Positions 34,200 through 34,417 of a DNA stretch of 34,417 nucleotides are shown one piece after another. This stretch comes from Kiritimatiellia bacterium. GTDB taxonomy: Bacteria > Verrucomicrobiota > Kiritimatiellia > B70-G9. The stretch is from contig DTYT01000358.1 of assembly GCA_012961745.1 (NCBI GenBank), forward strand, positions 1 through 34,417. Reading direction: 5' to 3'. The translations under genes and the position numbers were made by a program. Every line of letters starts with the position of its first letter. Position 1 is the first letter of the stretch. The notes beneath the pieces were generated by a model that ran no database searches, had not been told where the DNA came from, and saw only the letters and a list, made by a program, of their open reading frames with translations.

Positions 34200-34417
34200 G
34201 GCGCGTCGGGGCGGTGGTCCGCTCCTCGCCGGTACTGAGGCGTCTTCAGTGGCTGGCCAACTGGCTGGGTCTTCCCTCCGCCGAGGGACTGGGCGACCTG
34301 GACGACGGCCTGGCCTCGGACTCCCGACTGCAGCGCGGGATCACCGCAGCCGAGTACCGCGCGAGCGAAAACGGGCGCGGACTGCAGGCCCCCAACCGCG
34401 CTCACGGCCTGCGCACC
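34193..34417 (+). CDS. 5' end of an unidentified plus-strand ORF with very high GC3, running off the right edge
   Basis: From GTG 34193 the frame is open to the window end (75 codons): VLRRVGAVVRSSPVLRRLQWLANWLGLPSAEGLGDLDDGLASDSRLQRGITAAEYRASENGRGLQAPNRAHGLRT. By hand count, 64 of 75 codons end in G/C, far above the ~65% I counted in metY. No family is recognised and the start codon is uncertain. Confidence 0.35.
   Translation, partial: MLRRVGAVVRSSPVLRRLQWLANWLGLPSAEGLGDLDDGLASDSRLQRGITAAEYRASENGRGLQAPNRAHGLRT

Noticed and set aside
1-34417. Scan for CRISPR arrays, tandem repeats, tRNA/rRNA genes, IS elements, integrases and toxin-antitoxin or defence genes
   Set aside because: I could not find any regularly spaced direct repeats, tRNA T-arm/acceptor signatures, transposase or integrase-like ORFs, or terminal inverted repeats by eye. 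A tRNAscan-SE, Infernal and ISfinder run would be needed for certainty.

Overview
GC-rich (roughly high-50s % by eye) bacterial chromosomal segment. It consists almost entirely of conserved housekeeping genes, tightly packed and often translationally coupled (ATGA/GTGA overlaps). Order, left to right: uvrC (partial) and an NMO/FabK-family flavoenzyme (-); a PAS-PAS-DHp sensor with no kinase catalytic domain (-); a small Cys-rich DUF6485-like protein (+); a sigma70-like promoter and SAM-I riboswitch in front of metY-metX (+); a KTSC lipoprotein; two uncharacterised membrane proteins; sppA plus a TviB/WecC-type nucleotide-sugar dehydrogenase (-); an MTA/SAH-deaminase-like amidohydrolase (-); a polyprenol-P-mannose-synthase-like GT2 coupled to a decaprenyl-phosphate phosphoribosyltransferase-like UbiA enzyme (+); a 1.35 kb ORF-poor gap; a long minus-strand array nadD-rsfS-psd-pssA-ABM-EF-G paralogue-yebC-ruvC; purN, hisG, a hidden 29-aa bS22-like microprotein and a TPR lipoprotein (+); fmt (-); an Fe-type alcohol dehydrogenase (+); and mreC(fragment)-mreD-mrdA-rodA-rng (-). 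I recognised no rRNA, tRNA, CRISPR array, transposase, integrase or known defence gene, so this is an ordinary core region rather than an accessory island. Five things are not explained by routine annotation: (1) the 1.35 kb convergent intergenic region at 14592-15940 with no convincing gene; (2) an abrupt frame and composition break at ~34.19 kb that removes the 5' half of mreC and starts a much more GC3-rich plus-strand ORF; (3) the bS22-like micro-ORF masked by a longer overlapping ORF; (4) an EF-G paralogue whose catalytic His and NKxD motif are substituted; (5) a DHp-only PAS sensor. I cannot show that any of these is a new biological system. The 14.6-15.9 kb gap is the best candidate for something undescribed, such as a structured RNA or a small-protein locus, but a decayed gene is an equally good explanation.
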